Part shown: positions 9,630 through 22,153 of the stretch, piece by piece
Layout of the letters: each line of letters starts with the position of its first letter
How positions within the stretch are numbered: position 1 is the stretch's first letter
From: Akkermansia muciniphila
Lineage (GTDB): Bacteria; Verrucomicrobiota; Verrucomicrobiia; Verrucomicrobiales; Akkermansiaceae
DNA length: 61,990 bases
Reading direction: 5' to 3'
Assembly: GCA_945862285.1 (NCBI GenBank)
Contig: CAMAYN010000001.1
Span: 1 to 61,990, forward strand
Notes under the pieces: generated by a model
Told to the model about the DNA's origin: nothing
The model's input: the letters and a program-made list of their open reading frames with translations, nothing else
Databases searched by the model: none
Program-made: the position numbers and the translations under genes

Positions 9630-10528
9630 TGGTCGCCTCCTTTCGCTGCGGGTGATTGTTCCGAGATTTCAGGAGAAATGGGACTTTCTGGAATCCAATA
9701 GCGGATGGTGATATCGGGCGAAGGGTCTGGCGGGTTCGCTTTTAATGCAGCGGCACGACGAGCATTCTCCAATGAAATCCGTTGGTATTCTGCGATAAAG
9801 CTTTTTCGGTGTTTTTTGTATAGCTCATGGAGGCCCTCAACAGCGGCCAAATCCTCTGGTGCCGGGTTCCCCGAAACAATCGTGAACGAAGGCTTCGCCG
9901 CCGCATTGCGGGGGAGTTCTGGTATGGTGGGAGCTACGTATTCGCGCTGCATGTTGCGAGCTTGTTGTGCCATTTTCGCACTGCTTTGATAATTCATCGC
10001 AAACATCACGCTGTGCTGGGTTTGTGCTTTGTTGAATGACTGGATGTGGGCGAAGTGACGGAAATCAACATTCGACCAAGCTTCGTAAAACTCCACGGGT
10101 GTCTTACCTTGGCTTGTCCATTTGATATGGCTACGAGTGAGGGATTTTTCATCGTCTCGAAAAACAGTGCATGAAAACATCGTGAATCGCGTTGTCATCG
10201 CCTGGGCTGCACGTGCCGTTTGATCTTCTGCTGAAAGTTGGGATTGTTGCTTTGGCTCGGGCTTGGGCAAGGGGTCGAGCTTTTTCGATTTCAACTCTTC
10301 AATTGTGAATGTCTGCTCAGGTCGGACAACGACGCGTCGGCTGACAATGTCTGCGGCATCAATTTGTAATTCTACAGCGGGAACTGCCGCCACCTCCGCA
10401 GTTACAGGAGATGGCGGAATGAGCTGTGCTTCGGATGTTGGCGTTACTTGCGCATGTGTCACACTTGTAACGTAGCCACTAAACAAAATCGTTACGATAC
10501 TTTGCAATTTCTTGTTCATATACTTCAA
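9626..10528 (-). CDS. Signal-peptide protein of unknown function (300 aa); partner gene translationally coupled to 7602..9629; paralogue of 45655..46557
   Basis: Leader MKYMNKKLQSIVTILFSGYVTSVTHAQ. The central block RFTMFSCTVFRDDEKSLTRSHIKWTSQGKTPVEFYEAWSNVDF and the tail ANPPDPSPDITIRYWIPE align closely with the 310-aa protein at 45655..46587. I recognise no known domain. Confidence 0.7.
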   Translation of the reverse strand: MKYMNKKLQSIVTILFSGYVTSVTHAQVTPTSEAQLIPPSPVTAEVAAVPAVELQIDAADIVSRRVVVRPEQTFTIEELKSKKLDPLPKPEPKQQSQLSAEDQTARAAQAMTTRFTMFSCTVFRDDEKSLTRSHIKWTSQGKTPVEFYEAWSNVDFRHFAHIQSFNKAQTQHSVMFAMNYQSSAKMAQQARNMQREYVAPTIPELPRNAAAKPSFTIVSGNPAPEDLAAVEGLHELYKKHRKSFIAEYQRISLENARRAAALKANPPDPSPDITIRYWIPESPISPEISEQSPAAKGGDQ

Positions 10529-10627
10529 TTAAAAAAAACGAAATTTCATCATTTGGCAAATTCTAACATAAAATATTTTTCGGGCTTGCTATTTGCAAAA
10601 AAGCAACAATAAGACTTTGATGTTCCA

Positions 10628-12445
10628 TTACTGATGCATCTCGCACCATTCTTGCCATGCTTGCGTAAGAATTTGTTCGAAGTTTCGAGTGAAATCCATT
10701 TGGTCGTAGAGTTTGCTCTGCATCATAGCGCTACGCGAGGACTGGCGCATTTCATCCAATCGCTGGACATCGCTCGCTAATTTTTCCGCAATATCGACAT
10801 ACTGATCAGGATTTTTTGCAATCAGTTCTTCTCTTCCCAACAGGGTATTGATGACAAATCCGACACGAGAGACGTGTGTGGCTCCTTCCAATGTAATAAC
10901 GGGCAGTCCTTGCCAAATTGCTTCGCAGGTCGTTGTCGTGCCATTGTAGGGGAATGGGTCTAAGGCAATATCCATCTCATGGTAGAGTTGCAAATGCTTG
11001 CTCGTTTCATGCTCTCGCCCCATGATTTTCACCCGCGACGGTGCGATTCCACGGGATTGTAATTGGGATAATAATTGGTCGTGTACCTGCTTGTCAGAAA
11101 AGCCGTGTGCTTTGATGAGTAATCGAGAATGGGCAACACGATGGAGAATTTTACTCCAAGTATCTAGCACATGATCGTTAATTTTATTGTAGGTGTTAAA
11201 CGATCCGAAAGTGATATAACCATTTTTTAATGCGGGCGATGGTCCGACAGCGATGTTGTATGACGGTGGATGGAAGCACCATGTCGAAGTCGGCAGTCGT
11301 AAAAGTTTTTCTGAGTAATGCGATTCCGTCATTCCTACGGGGTCAGACAGTGCATCAGTAATACGATAATCGCACTCCTTAAGCCCTGTGGAAAAGGGGT
11401 AGCCAAGATACGTCATCTGAAGAGGCGCGGCACGTAATGCGAGGATGCGACAGCGGTTTTCTGAGGTGTGTCCGGCAAGGTCGATGAGTATGTCGATGCC
11501 ATCATCGATGATCATTTGTGCGGCTTTCTGATCGTCAAGGGGGATGATGTTGCGCCAGTTGACATCGTAGGTTTGCAATCTCTTTGTTGTTTCATCTGGA
11601 TTGACGACATTGGCGTAGCAAAAAATTTCAAATTTTGTGCGATCCATATTGCGCAGTAATGGTTCGATGAAGTAGGTGACCGAGTGCAAGCGGAAATCGG
11701 GCGAAATCAAGCCTGCTTTGATGCGTTTCGCTGCGTCGGGCTTGTTGGTGTGATGGCGAAAAATCGATTCGGGATGGATACTCTTCTCGAATTCACGGGC
11801 CCATGCGATATGTTCATCACGAACAAAAATGGGATCGAGATCTTTTAAAAACCCGACGTCGCGAAGATAATTATCAGCGGCGGCTTTGTGATTTGGATCA
11901 ATCGTGCAAGCTTGCTTATGCGCGGCCATCGCATCAGTGATGTGCCCTGTTTCCTGCATGATATTCGCCCAGTTCGAGAGGGCACCGGCGTTTAAGGAGT
12001 CGTGTTCGATGGCCCTCTTAAACGCGTCTGCGGATTCTAAAATTTTCCCCTGTATATAAAGGGCATTGCCGAGATTATTCCATAAACCAGAACAAGTAGG
12101 GTCGTTTGTCAGTCCCTGACGAGCGGCATTCTCCGCATCCAGAACGAGTGTCAGGCCTAAATAGATGCCGGAAAGATTGATCCAAAACAAACTCGGGGTA
12201 TTGGGGTGGGAGAGTTTAATCGCTTGCTGAATTAATTGTATCGCGACAGTATTTTTCCCCACGTGTGAGGCAAGCAATCCCAGAAGGTGCATGGCATCCG
12301 TTTGATACGGATCAAAGGTCAACACCTGCCGGTACAGCGCCTCTGCTTCCTTTAGCTTGCCTTCTTGATGATATTGGACGGCTAGGTCCATTGCTCCTTG
12401 AATCGTCATTTCCATGCGCCGCGAGCATAAGTCGATGATCGGCAC
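10628..12445 (-). CDS. TPR-repeat protein with C-terminal GT41 (SPINDLY/O-GlcNAc-transferase-like) glycosyltransferase domain
   Basis: N-terminal TPR units (EGKLKEAEALYRQVLTFDPYQTDAMHLLGLL...). The C-terminal half (ITFGSFNTYNKINDHVLDTWSKILHRVAHSRLLIK, PYNGTTTTCEAIWQGLPVITLEG) is typical of bacterial SPINDLY-family OGT-like enzymes. The start is uncertain (M1, M11 or M13). Confidence 0.75.
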   Translation of the reverse strand: MPIIDLCSRRMEMTIQGAMDLAVQYHQEGKLKEAEALYRQVLTFDPYQTDAMHLLGLLASHVGKNTVAIQLIQQAIKLSHPNTPSLFWINLSGIYLGLTLVLDAENAARQGLTNDPTCSGLWNNLGNALYIQGKILESADAFKRAIEHDSLNAGALSNWANIMQETGHITDAMAAHKQACTIDPNHKAAADNYLRDVGFLKDLDPIFVRDEHIAWAREFEKSIHPESIFRHHTNKPDAAKRIKAGLISPDFRLHSVTYFIEPLLRNMDRTKFEIFCYANVVNPDETTKRLQTYDVNWRNIIPLDDQKAAQMIIDDGIDILIDLAGHTSENRCRILALRAAPLQMTYLGYPFSTGLKECDYRITDALSDPVGMTESHYSEKLLRLPTSTWCFHPPSYNIAVGPSPALKNGYITFGSFNTYNKINDHVLDTWSKILHRVAHSRLLIKAHGFSDKQVHDQLLSQLQSRGIAPSRVKIMGREHETSKHLQLYHEMDIALDPFPYNGTTTTCEAIWQGLPVITLEGATHVSRVGFVINTLLGREELIAKNPDQYVDIAEKLASDVQRLDEMRQSSRSAMMQSKLYDQMDFTRNFEQILTQAWQEWCEMHQ

Positions 12446-12460
12446 AAGGGAATCAATTTT

Positions 12461-15391
<2,931 letters not shown>

Positions 15392-15520
15392 TTAGCGAGG
15401 CAGGAAACTTTTTACGAGGAAACAATTTGTGATTCCTAGCGGTTGGTGGGTTTTTCGTGAGTAAATTTTATGAAAAACGTGTTTGTGACGATGCCAGAAG
15501 TCACAGCGTCCGCGAGGTGG

Positions 15521-15739
15521 TCAATCGAAAAGAATCCAATCGATCATCCATCCGACACAGCGGGGGAAGAAGAAACCAAGTAGGGCACCAACGATGAGAC
15601 CAATGACCGCCAGCATGATGACTCCCTTGTAACCCTCTAAGGGGAAGCCCGAGAATGCGAAGTAATAAGCCAGCGGCACGATAACACTACATAAAATGGC
15701 CGCGATGATTGAGACGAGGATTCTTTTGCTGAGATTCAT
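15521..15739 (-). CDS. Small two-helix membrane protein (72 aa), unknown function
   Basis: Two hydrophobic helices (ILVSIIAAILCSVIVPLAYYF; VIMLAVIGLIVGALLGFFF). The ATG at 15739 lies immediately downstream of the 42-bp array. The coding call rests only on ORF and hydrophobicity. Confidence 0.45.
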   Translation of the reverse strand: MNLSKRILVSIIAAILCSVIVPLAYYFAFSGFPLEGYKGVIMLAVIGLIVGALLGFFFPRCVGWMIDWILFD

Positions 15740-15792
15740 GATCGTGAAGTTAGGGGAATGTATGATATTGTAGCAACGGAGCTGTCTGCTTG

Positions 15793-16158
15793 CCTATTTC
15801 CGATTTTGGAAGGTGGCAAACAGACGTCTGCTGAGGCATTTCCGATTTTGGAAATAGGCAAACAGACGTCTGCTGGGGCATTTCCGATTTTGGAAGATGG
15901 CAAACAGACGTCTGCTGGGGCATTTCCGATTTTGGAAATAGGCAAACAGACGTCTGCTGGGGCATTTCCGATTTTGGAAATAGGCAAACAGACGTCTGCT
16001 GAGGCATTTCCGATTTTGGAAATAGGCAAACAGACGTCTGCGGGGGCATTTCCGATTTTGGAAGATGGCAAACAGGCGTGTGCTGAGGCATTTGTGATTT
16101 TACAAAGTGGCAAACACACTTGTGCTGAGGCATTTGTGATTTTACAAGGTGGCAAAAA
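15793..16158. repeat. Tandem array A: ~9 units of 42 bp (GCATTTCCGATTTTGGAAATAGGCAAACAGACGTCTGCTGRG)
   Basis: Unit starts read directly at 15836, 15878, 15920, 15962, 16004, 16046, 16088 and 16130, an exact 42-nt spacing. A degenerate unit lies at each end. There are no unique spacers. Each unit holds two inverted repeats. The array fills the whole gap between the RND gene stop (16171) and the 72-aa gene start (15739). Confidence 0.95.
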
Positions 16159-16170
16159 TGCTAGGACGCT

Positions 16171-19100
16171 TCATGAAAACGATGAAGTAGGTGATTTTTT
16201 CGTGAGCAAATTCCAGAGATTCGTCAGCCGGAGCATGGCGGAATGGCTGATCAAATAAATCGAGGGAATCAGAAAGAGCGTGATCAAGGTAGAGAAAAGC
16301 ACGCCGAAGGCAATGGAGATGGCCATGGGCCGAAGGAACTGATTTTGCAGGGATTCATCCAGCATGGAGGGCACCATGCCGACGAAGGTGGTGAGCGAGG
16401 TAAGCAGGATGGGGCGAAAGCGTTTCACTCCCGATTCAATGACGGCATCCCAGACGCTCATGCCGTTGGCACGATGTTGGTTAATGAAATCCATCATGAC
16501 GATGGCGTTGTTGACGACGATGCCGGAGACGGCGAGAATGCCAAAGGCGGAGAGGAAAGACGGCGTCACATCCATAACAATGTGGCCGACGAGTGCGCCA
16601 ATGACACCAAAGGGAATGGATACCATAACGAAAAGTGGCTGGACGAGGGATTTGAAGGGAATCATCAGCAACGCGTAAAGGGCAATTAAAATGGCGGCTC
16701 CACCCACGAAAAGGCGGGTTTTGGTTTCGCCATGCTCAGCGATGTAACCAGTGAATTTCCATGACAAGGTAGGATGATCGACGATGAGGGCATCGAGCTT
16801 CGCTTGCGCATCATTGGCGATGCTGGTGATGTCCACAGTTTTGTCTTCGGCCTGGGCCCAGATGGTGACGGCCTGCATGCCATCGCTGCGATCAATTTCT
16901 GCGCGGGCTTTGCCGAAACTGACATCGGCAACGGTAGTAAGAGGAGCTTCACCGCCGTTGGGAATCTTGATGCGCATGGTTTCGAGGGTATGGAGGGATT
17001 CGCGTTGATCACGCGGGAGACGCACCATGACGCGAATATCATCAATCTCGCGTTGCACACGTTGGGCTTGCTCGCCGAAGAAGGACGAGCGGACTTGACG
17101 CGCTAGCTCTCGCTGCGTAAGGCCAAGCGCTTCGCCTTCGGGGCGAATGGTGGCGATGAGTTCATCGCGATTTTGCCCGAGATCGTTGCCGGCGGAGGTA
17201 ATTCCTTCGTAGGAGCGGAGTAGGTTAGCGATGTCATCAGCGAGTTTATCCCGAGCTTCCGAACCAGGGCCGCGGAGTTGGATTTTTAATGATTCTTCAC
17301 CACTACCGCCGCCGCCGCGTGAGCCGCGTCCGGAATCGACAGTGATGTAGAAAGATTGCGCGCTGCTGGTATCGCCACAGAGTTCTTTCCAGCGTTTGAT
17401 GAGAGCGCGGGTATCGGGATGTGCGGTGGTGCGGTCGGCGCTATCGATCACTGTCATGATGACGAAGCCCGAGCGGGGATCGACCCAAGGCATGCCAGGC
17501 CAACCGCCAGCGGAGCCGAGGACATCAAGGACGACGGATTTTCCGGTGGCGGGGTCGGTGAATTCTTTGCGCAATTGCTCGGCGGCTTTTTCGCAGCGCA
17601 GCACGAGTTCGTTCGTGTCCTTCACTTGCGCCGTTCGCGGCATGGTGAAATTGACAAAAAGTCGATTTTTTTCGAGATTCGGCATGGAAACGAAGCCGAG
17701 TCGTCCGCTGGTAATCAGGGCGACTGATGCGAGTGACATGGCGATGAAAAAGGCGACGCTGGCGTAGCGATGGCGCGCCGTGAAGGTGGCGAGGCGGCGG
17801 AAGTGGGTTTCGATCAGGTATTCTAGGCCATCGGCAATCCATTTTTGGAGGCGTGCAAAGCCTTGCGGGTTGGCGGGTAGGGGTTTTAAGTATTTGAGAT
17901 GACTCGGCAGACTCAGCTTTGCCTCAATCAGGGAGAATAGTAAAATCGCAGCGATGATGGGCGGTACCTGACTGGCGAATTGGCCGTAAAAGCCCTCAAA
18001 GAACATCAAAGGCAAGAATGAAACAATCGTGGTCAGTGAACCGAAGGTCACGGGCATGGCGATTTCCTCTGTGCCAGCGATGGCGGCTTGTTCCGGATCC
18101 ATGCCTTCGGACATTTTGGAATAGATATTTTCCGAGGTCACGATGGCATCATCGACGATCAAGCCTACGGCGATGATGAAGGCAAAAATGGTCATGACGT
18201 TGAGGGTCAAGCCCATCATCGGCATGACCCAAAGAGTGCCAGCAAAGGAAATGGGAATGCCAATTAACACCCAGAGAGCAATGGCGGGACGCAAAAACAG
18301 CCCTAGGACGATAATGACCAGCAGGCATCCTTGGAGCAGTGTGGAGAGTAGGGAATTGAGGCGGCCTTTGAGTTCGATGCTGCTATCGTCCCAAATGTGC
18401 AGGGTGACACCACTGGGGAATTTCGCTTTGGATTCGGTGACGTATTTTTTGACACTTTCGGCAATTTGCAGGGCACTTTCATTATTGAGGCGTAATACCT
18501 CGACGAGTAGGCAGGGTTTGCCGTTGAAGCGGAGAATTTTCCGCACTTCCTCGAAGCCATCGGTGACGCGGGCGACGTCGCTGAGTTTGACTTGTGATCC
18601 TTGGGAATTGCGCACGACGATGTCGGAAAAATCTTCTTGGGTGAAGGCTTGACCACTGGTGCGGATCATCAAATATCCTTCGGACGTTTGAATTTGCCCT
18701 GCGGGGAGATCGAGTGAAGAACGGCGGATGGCTTCGGCAAGATCGAGGTAGGTGAGGCCGTAGTCACGCAGGCGAGCGGGATCGGCCTCGATGGAGATCT
18801 CCACGGGTGAGTCGCCCTGCAGTTCTGCTTGGCTGATGCCGGGTAATGCGGTGAGGTCATCGCGCACACGTCGAGCAGCTTTCAAGAGGTCAGCTTCGTC
18901 CATTTCCCCGGTGATGGCGACTTTTATGACGTCGAACCATTTGGCACTGTTAGGGATTTCTAACTTCGGTGGTTCTACTTCTGCGGGGAATGTGGTGATT
19001 CCTTGAATGAGTGGGCGGAGTTCTTCGATGAGCTTTTCCGGGGTGGTCAACTGATTTGCCGTGACGATGATACGGGCGGTGCCGTAATTTGCCTCCGATT

Positions 19101-19338
19101 CGATTTCGGCAATGCTCGGGAGATTTTTAATCGCCCGTTCGATGGGGATGACCACGGCGCGCTCGACATCGGCAGGCGTTGCACCTCGGTAGGAAACATT
19201 GATGCGGACTTCATCGAAGCGATATTCGGGATTCACTTCGAGTGGGACTTTTTTCCATGCCGAATACGCGCCTAAAAGCACGATAATCACAACCAGGAGA
19301 TTGGCTGTTAGGTGATTTCGGGCAAACCAGGCGATCAT
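16171..19338 (-). CDS. RND-family efflux transporter permease (AcrB/HAE1-like), 1055 aa
   Basis: 12-TM RND architecture with two large periplasmic loops. N-terminus MIAWFARNHLTANLLVVIIVLLG. Conserved TM4 region AVGLIVDDAIV. No membrane-fusion or outer-membrane partner gene is adjacent in this window. Confidence 0.9.
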   Translation of the reverse strand: MIAWFARNHLTANLLVVIIVLLGAYSAWKKVPLEVNPEYRFDEVRINVSYRGATPADVERAVVIPIERAIKNLPSIAEIESEANYGTARIIVTANQLTTPEKLIEELRPLIQGITTFPAEVEPPKLEIPNSAKWFDVIKVAITGEMDEADLLKAARRVRDDLTALPGISQAELQGDSPVEISIEADPARLRDYGLTYLDLAEAIRRSSLDLPAGQIQTSEGYLMIRTSGQAFTQEDFSDIVVRNSQGSQVKLSDVARVTDGFEEVRKILRFNGKPCLLVEVLRLNNESALQIAESVKKYVTESKAKFPSGVTLHIWDDSSIELKGRLNSLLSTLLQGCLLVIIVLGLFLRPAIALWVLIGIPISFAGTLWVMPMMGLTLNVMTIFAFIIAVGLIVDDAIVTSENIYSKMSEGMDPEQAAIAGTEEIAMPVTFGSLTTIVSFLPLMFFEGFYGQFASQVPPIIAAILLFSLIEAKLSLPSHLKYLKPLPANPQGFARLQKWIADGLEYLIETHFRRLATFTARHRYASVAFFIAMSLASVALITSGRLGFVSMPNLEKNRLFVNFTMPRTAQVKDTNELVLRCEKAAEQLRKEFTDPATGKSVVLDVLGSAGGWPGMPWVDPRSGFVIMTVIDSADRTTAHPDTRALIKRWKELCGDTSSAQSFYITVDSGRGSRGGGGSGEESLKIQLRGPGSEARDKLADDIANLLRSYEGITSAGNDLGQNRDELIATIRPEGEALGLTQRELARQVRSSFFGEQAQRVQREIDDIRVMVRLPRDQRESLHTLETMRIKIPNGGEAPLTTVADVSFGKARAEIDRSDGMQAVTIWAQAEDKTVDITSIANDAQAKLDALIVDHPTLSWKFTGYIAEHGETKTRLFVGGAAILIALYALLMIPFKSLVQPLFVMVSIPFGVIGALVGHIVMDVTPSFLSAFGILAVSGIVVNNAIVMMDFINQHRANGMSVWDAVIESGVKRFRPILLTSLTTFVGMVPSMLDESLQNQFLRPMAISIAFGVLFSTLITLFLIPSIYLISHSAMLRLTNLWNLLTKKSPTSSFS

Positions 19339-19402
19339 AGGGAAATTGTTAGGATGAAGAGCTAGCCGATATACTTGAACATTGCCGCAGAGCTTTCATG
19401 GA

Positions 19403-21040
19403 TTAGAGCTTTTTCAGCCATGGGATGCGCCGTTTGATCATTTGCAGGCAATCGTGAGCTTCGCGCACGCCGAGCACATAACAAAGTCCGAAATAGACCG
19501 CAGCAAGCGCCGCAACGACAAGAATGACGATCGATAATCTGATCAAATAGCTACTGCCGCTCACTTGGTTGAAGACGTGTTGATTAGCCAACCATGCGAG
19601 TTCGGCCATGACAAAGGCGGCCACTAGACAGCGCCACAGGGTGTTCCAGACATTTTTGGTATGAAGATTTTTTGCGTAGCGATGGAGCAGCGCATACAAG
19701 ATCGTAAAATTCAGAACGGCAATCAAGCTCGTTGTGCAGGCGAGCGAGCGGTAGCCCCATCCTAAAACACGAATGAAATACCAATTGCAGACAAAATTTA
19801 CCGCAATCGAGCCAAAGCTCACTGCCATGGGAATCCATCTTTTATCAATCGCGTAATACGCCGGTTGGACAATTTTCATCCAACTGTAAAACAATAAACC
19901 GATGGCGTAGGCTTGCAGCGCGTAGGCGATCATGTTTGTTAGATCCGTATTCGGAAAAACCGCTTTCGTCAGTGGCAGTGCAAGGAAGCCCAAGCCAACG
20001 GCGCAGGGTAGCACGAGGATGGCGACCATTTTGAGCCCGCGATTCAACATCGCTGCAAATTCGTCCCCGATACCGCCAATCGCCGCTCGCGACATCGCGG
20101 GTAAGGTCACGGTAGCAATGGCAACGCCAAACACGCCAATGGGAAGTTGCATTAAGCGAAAGGCGTAACTCAAAGCACTGACGCCGCCCGCTTCCGCACT
20201 CGCCGCAAATGCAGCATTGACGACAACATTTACTTGCACGGCACTCGCCGCAATCACCGCAGGTATCATCAGGCTCAGGACTTTTTTCACACTACTATCC
20301 CGCCAGTCAAAGTCCCAGCGCGGGCGAAATCCCACTTTCTTCAGCGAAGGAAATTGCACCACAAGTTGCCCCAAGCCACCAATCAGCACGCCGATGCTGA
20401 TGCCGATCAAGCTCTTAAACCCCCATGTAGGGTCAATCAGCCAGCCGAGGAGTCCGCCTCCGATGATGCAGCCGAGATTAAAAAAGCACGATGCCAACGC
20501 AGGCATACCAAAAACGTTTTTCGCATTCAAAACCCCCATCACTAATGCCGCGAGACTCACAACTAGGATGAAGGGATACATGATGCGGGCAAAGAGAATG
20601 ATCCACTCTCGCTCGACCGACCCGTAGGCTTGGCTCGATGCCATTAAAATAAAGTCAACAATCCACGGCGCTACGAGAATCCCTAACAACGAAATCACAC
20701 TCATCGCGACGGTGGCGAGAGTCATGATTTTATTCGCGAGCTTCCATGCCGATCTCTCGCCTTCGACTTGGAGTTTTTTGACAAATGTCGTTACGAACGC
20801 TTGGGATAGCGCGCCTTCGGCAAAGAGATCGCGCAGTAAATTGGGGATTTTAAAAGCGAGATTAAAACAATCGGAGAGAATCTTTTTTGACTCATCGCCA
20901 AATAAATAAATCATGAAAGCATCCCGCGCCATGCCGAGCACTCGACTCGCCATCACCGCAAGACCAATCTTGCCCGTCGCTGCGGCAGCTTGACGATTGC
21001 TTTCAGATTGACGCGGCGAGTCGGCCATTAGCGGCGGCAT
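19403..21040 (-). CDS. murJ: Lipid II flippase MurJ (MviN family)
   Basis: 545 aa polytopic MOP-superfamily protein. N-terminal motif VMASRVLGMARDAFMIYLFG...FNLAFKIPNLLRDLFAEGALSQAFV is characteristic of MurJ. Confidence 0.9.
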   Translation of the reverse strand: MPPLMADSPRQSESNRQAAAATGKIGLAVMASRVLGMARDAFMIYLFGDESKKILSDCFNLAFKIPNLLRDLFAEGALSQAFVTTFVKKLQVEGERSAWKLANKIMTLATVAMSVISLLGILVAPWIVDFILMASSQAYGSVEREWIILFARIMYPFILVVSLAALVMGVLNAKNVFGMPALASCFFNLGCIIGGGLLGWLIDPTWGFKSLIGISIGVLIGGLGQLVVQFPSLKKVGFRPRWDFDWRDSSVKKVLSLMIPAVIAASAVQVNVVVNAAFAASAEAGGVSALSYAFRLMQLPIGVFGVAIATVTLPAMSRAAIGGIGDEFAAMLNRGLKMVAILVLPCAVGLGFLALPLTKAVFPNTDLTNMIAYALQAYAIGLLFYSWMKIVQPAYYAIDKRWIPMAVSFGSIAVNFVCNWYFIRVLGWGYRSLACTTSLIAVLNFTILYALLHRYAKNLHTKNVWNTLWRCLVAAFVMAELAWLANQHVFNQVSGSSYLIRLSIVILVVAALAAVYFGLCYVLGVREAHDCLQMIKRRIPWLKKL

Positions 21041-22068
21041 TTTTCTAGTAAGGAATCCAAGAAATAGGCAATCTGGTGGAGTGCCTGCGAGCTTTCATTT
21101 TCAGGAAGAATGCGCAAGTCATCATGGCATTGTCCGAGAAGATCTTTCGCAGTATCGATGGCTCGTTCCACTGCACCTTCATATTCCGCAATGCCGACTA
21201 ACACCGGAAGATCGAGGGGTTGCTGATTGATGATGCGGGCGGTAAGTTTCATGCGCTGGGCATCACTTGCCGACTCTAACAAATTCAAAATCGGTAAAGT
21301 CAATTTTCCTTTTTCCAAATCCGTGCGCAACGTTTTCCCCACGGTTTCTTCGACACCGACGAGGTCGAGACAATCATCGTAAATTTGATAAACGGCACCA
21401 AGGCGCAAGCCGTAGTTGTAGAGTTGTTGCTCGGTTTTTTCATCAGCACCAGAGAGCTTGGCCGACAAGCCACAGGCCGCAGCAAAAAGGGCTCCCGTTT
21501 TCATTTCCATGATTTGGAAATATTCGTCTTTTGTCAGTGTCAGATCGAATCGACGTTGCGTTTGCATGATTTCCCCTTGGCAAACTTCCCGCGAGGCGTG
21601 CCCCACTTTGCGGCAAATATCGATCGAATCAAAATCCGTGGCGAGCGAGAGTGCATGAGAGAAAAGCGCATCGCCGAGGAGCACGGATAGGCCATTTCCC
21701 CACTTGGCATTCGCCGTGGGCACCATGCGGCGAGTCGAAGCTCCATCGATGATGTCATCATGCACTAGAGTGGCCATGTGAATCAGTTCTAGGATCACGC
21801 CGATCTTTAAATGATCATCATTCACCTCGCCAAGCGCGCCGCCAGTGAGAATGGCTAAAGCGGGGCGAATTCGCTTTCCCGAAGTATTGCAAACATAGGA
21901 AACATACGGTTCGACCATGGGGTCAAAGGCACGAACTTGTTCACGAATGGAAACTTCTACTTTTTCTAAGTGCGGGCGCACAAGTTCAAAGGGAAACGAA
22001 TCTTTACGTCCGGGATTCTGAGTGATGGCAGGCATGAATGGAGTGAAATACCATTCCACAGGAAGCAT
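21028..22068 (-). CDS. Long-chain polyprenyl diphosphate synthase (IspB-like, trans-IPPS)
   Basis: First and second Asp-rich motifs LVHDDIID and YQIYDDCLD. Overlaps murJ by 13 nt. The start may be the internal Met at 22035. Confidence 0.85.
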   Translation of the reverse strand: MLPVEWYFTPFMPAITQNPGRKDSFPFELVRPHLEKVEVSIREQVRAFDPMVEPYVSYVCNTSGKRIRPALAILTGGALGEVNDDHLKIGVILELIHMATLVHDDIIDGASTRRMVPTANAKWGNGLSVLLGDALFSHALSLATDFDSIDICRKVGHASREVCQGEIMQTQRRFDLTLTKDEYFQIMEMKTGALFAAACGLSAKLSGADEKTEQQLYNYGLRLGAVYQIYDDCLDLVGVEETVGKTLRTDLEKGKLTLPILNLLESASDAQRMKLTARIINQQPLDLPVLVGIAEYEGAVERAIDTAKDLLGQCHDDLRILPENESSQALHQIAYFLDSLLEKCRR

Positions 22069-22091
22069 TTACTTGCAAGTGGATAAATTCT

Positions 22092-22129
22092 ACAAAAAAC
22101 AGGCGAACCTTTTGTTGGTTCGCCTGTTT
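22092..22129 (-). terminator. Rho-independent terminator downstream of the secretin gene
   Basis: 13-bp perfect stem AAACAGGCGAACC / GGTTCGCCTGTTT (22097..22109 and 22117..22129) with a 7-nt loop. On the minus strand it is followed by a T-run. Confidence 0.6.
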
Positions 22130-22153
22130 GAGTGATTTTTAAATTACTGGGGT

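Noticed and set aside
15793-16158. CRISPR array
   Set aside because: Units abut directly with no unique spacers, the period is 42 nt in total, and there are no cas genes in the window.
15793-16158. Sigma-54 promoter-like TGGCA in every unit
   Set aside because: The GC of the -12 element is not at the required spacing from TGGCA. CTGC falls about 3 nt too far, and CGTC occupies the consensus TTGC position.
15736-16258. ORFs of 139 aa (-), 127 aa (-) and 166 aa (+) running through array A, including an ATGA junction of the 139-aa ORF with the 72-aa gene
   Set aside because: The unit length of 42 nt is a multiple of 3 and the unit holds no stop in several frames, so open frames on both strands are automatic. 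The 139-aa ORF starts at a TTG and has no internal Met. The paired substitutions preserve inverted repeats, not a peptide. The ATGA junction keeps a small doubt, so this is mentioned under the array finding.
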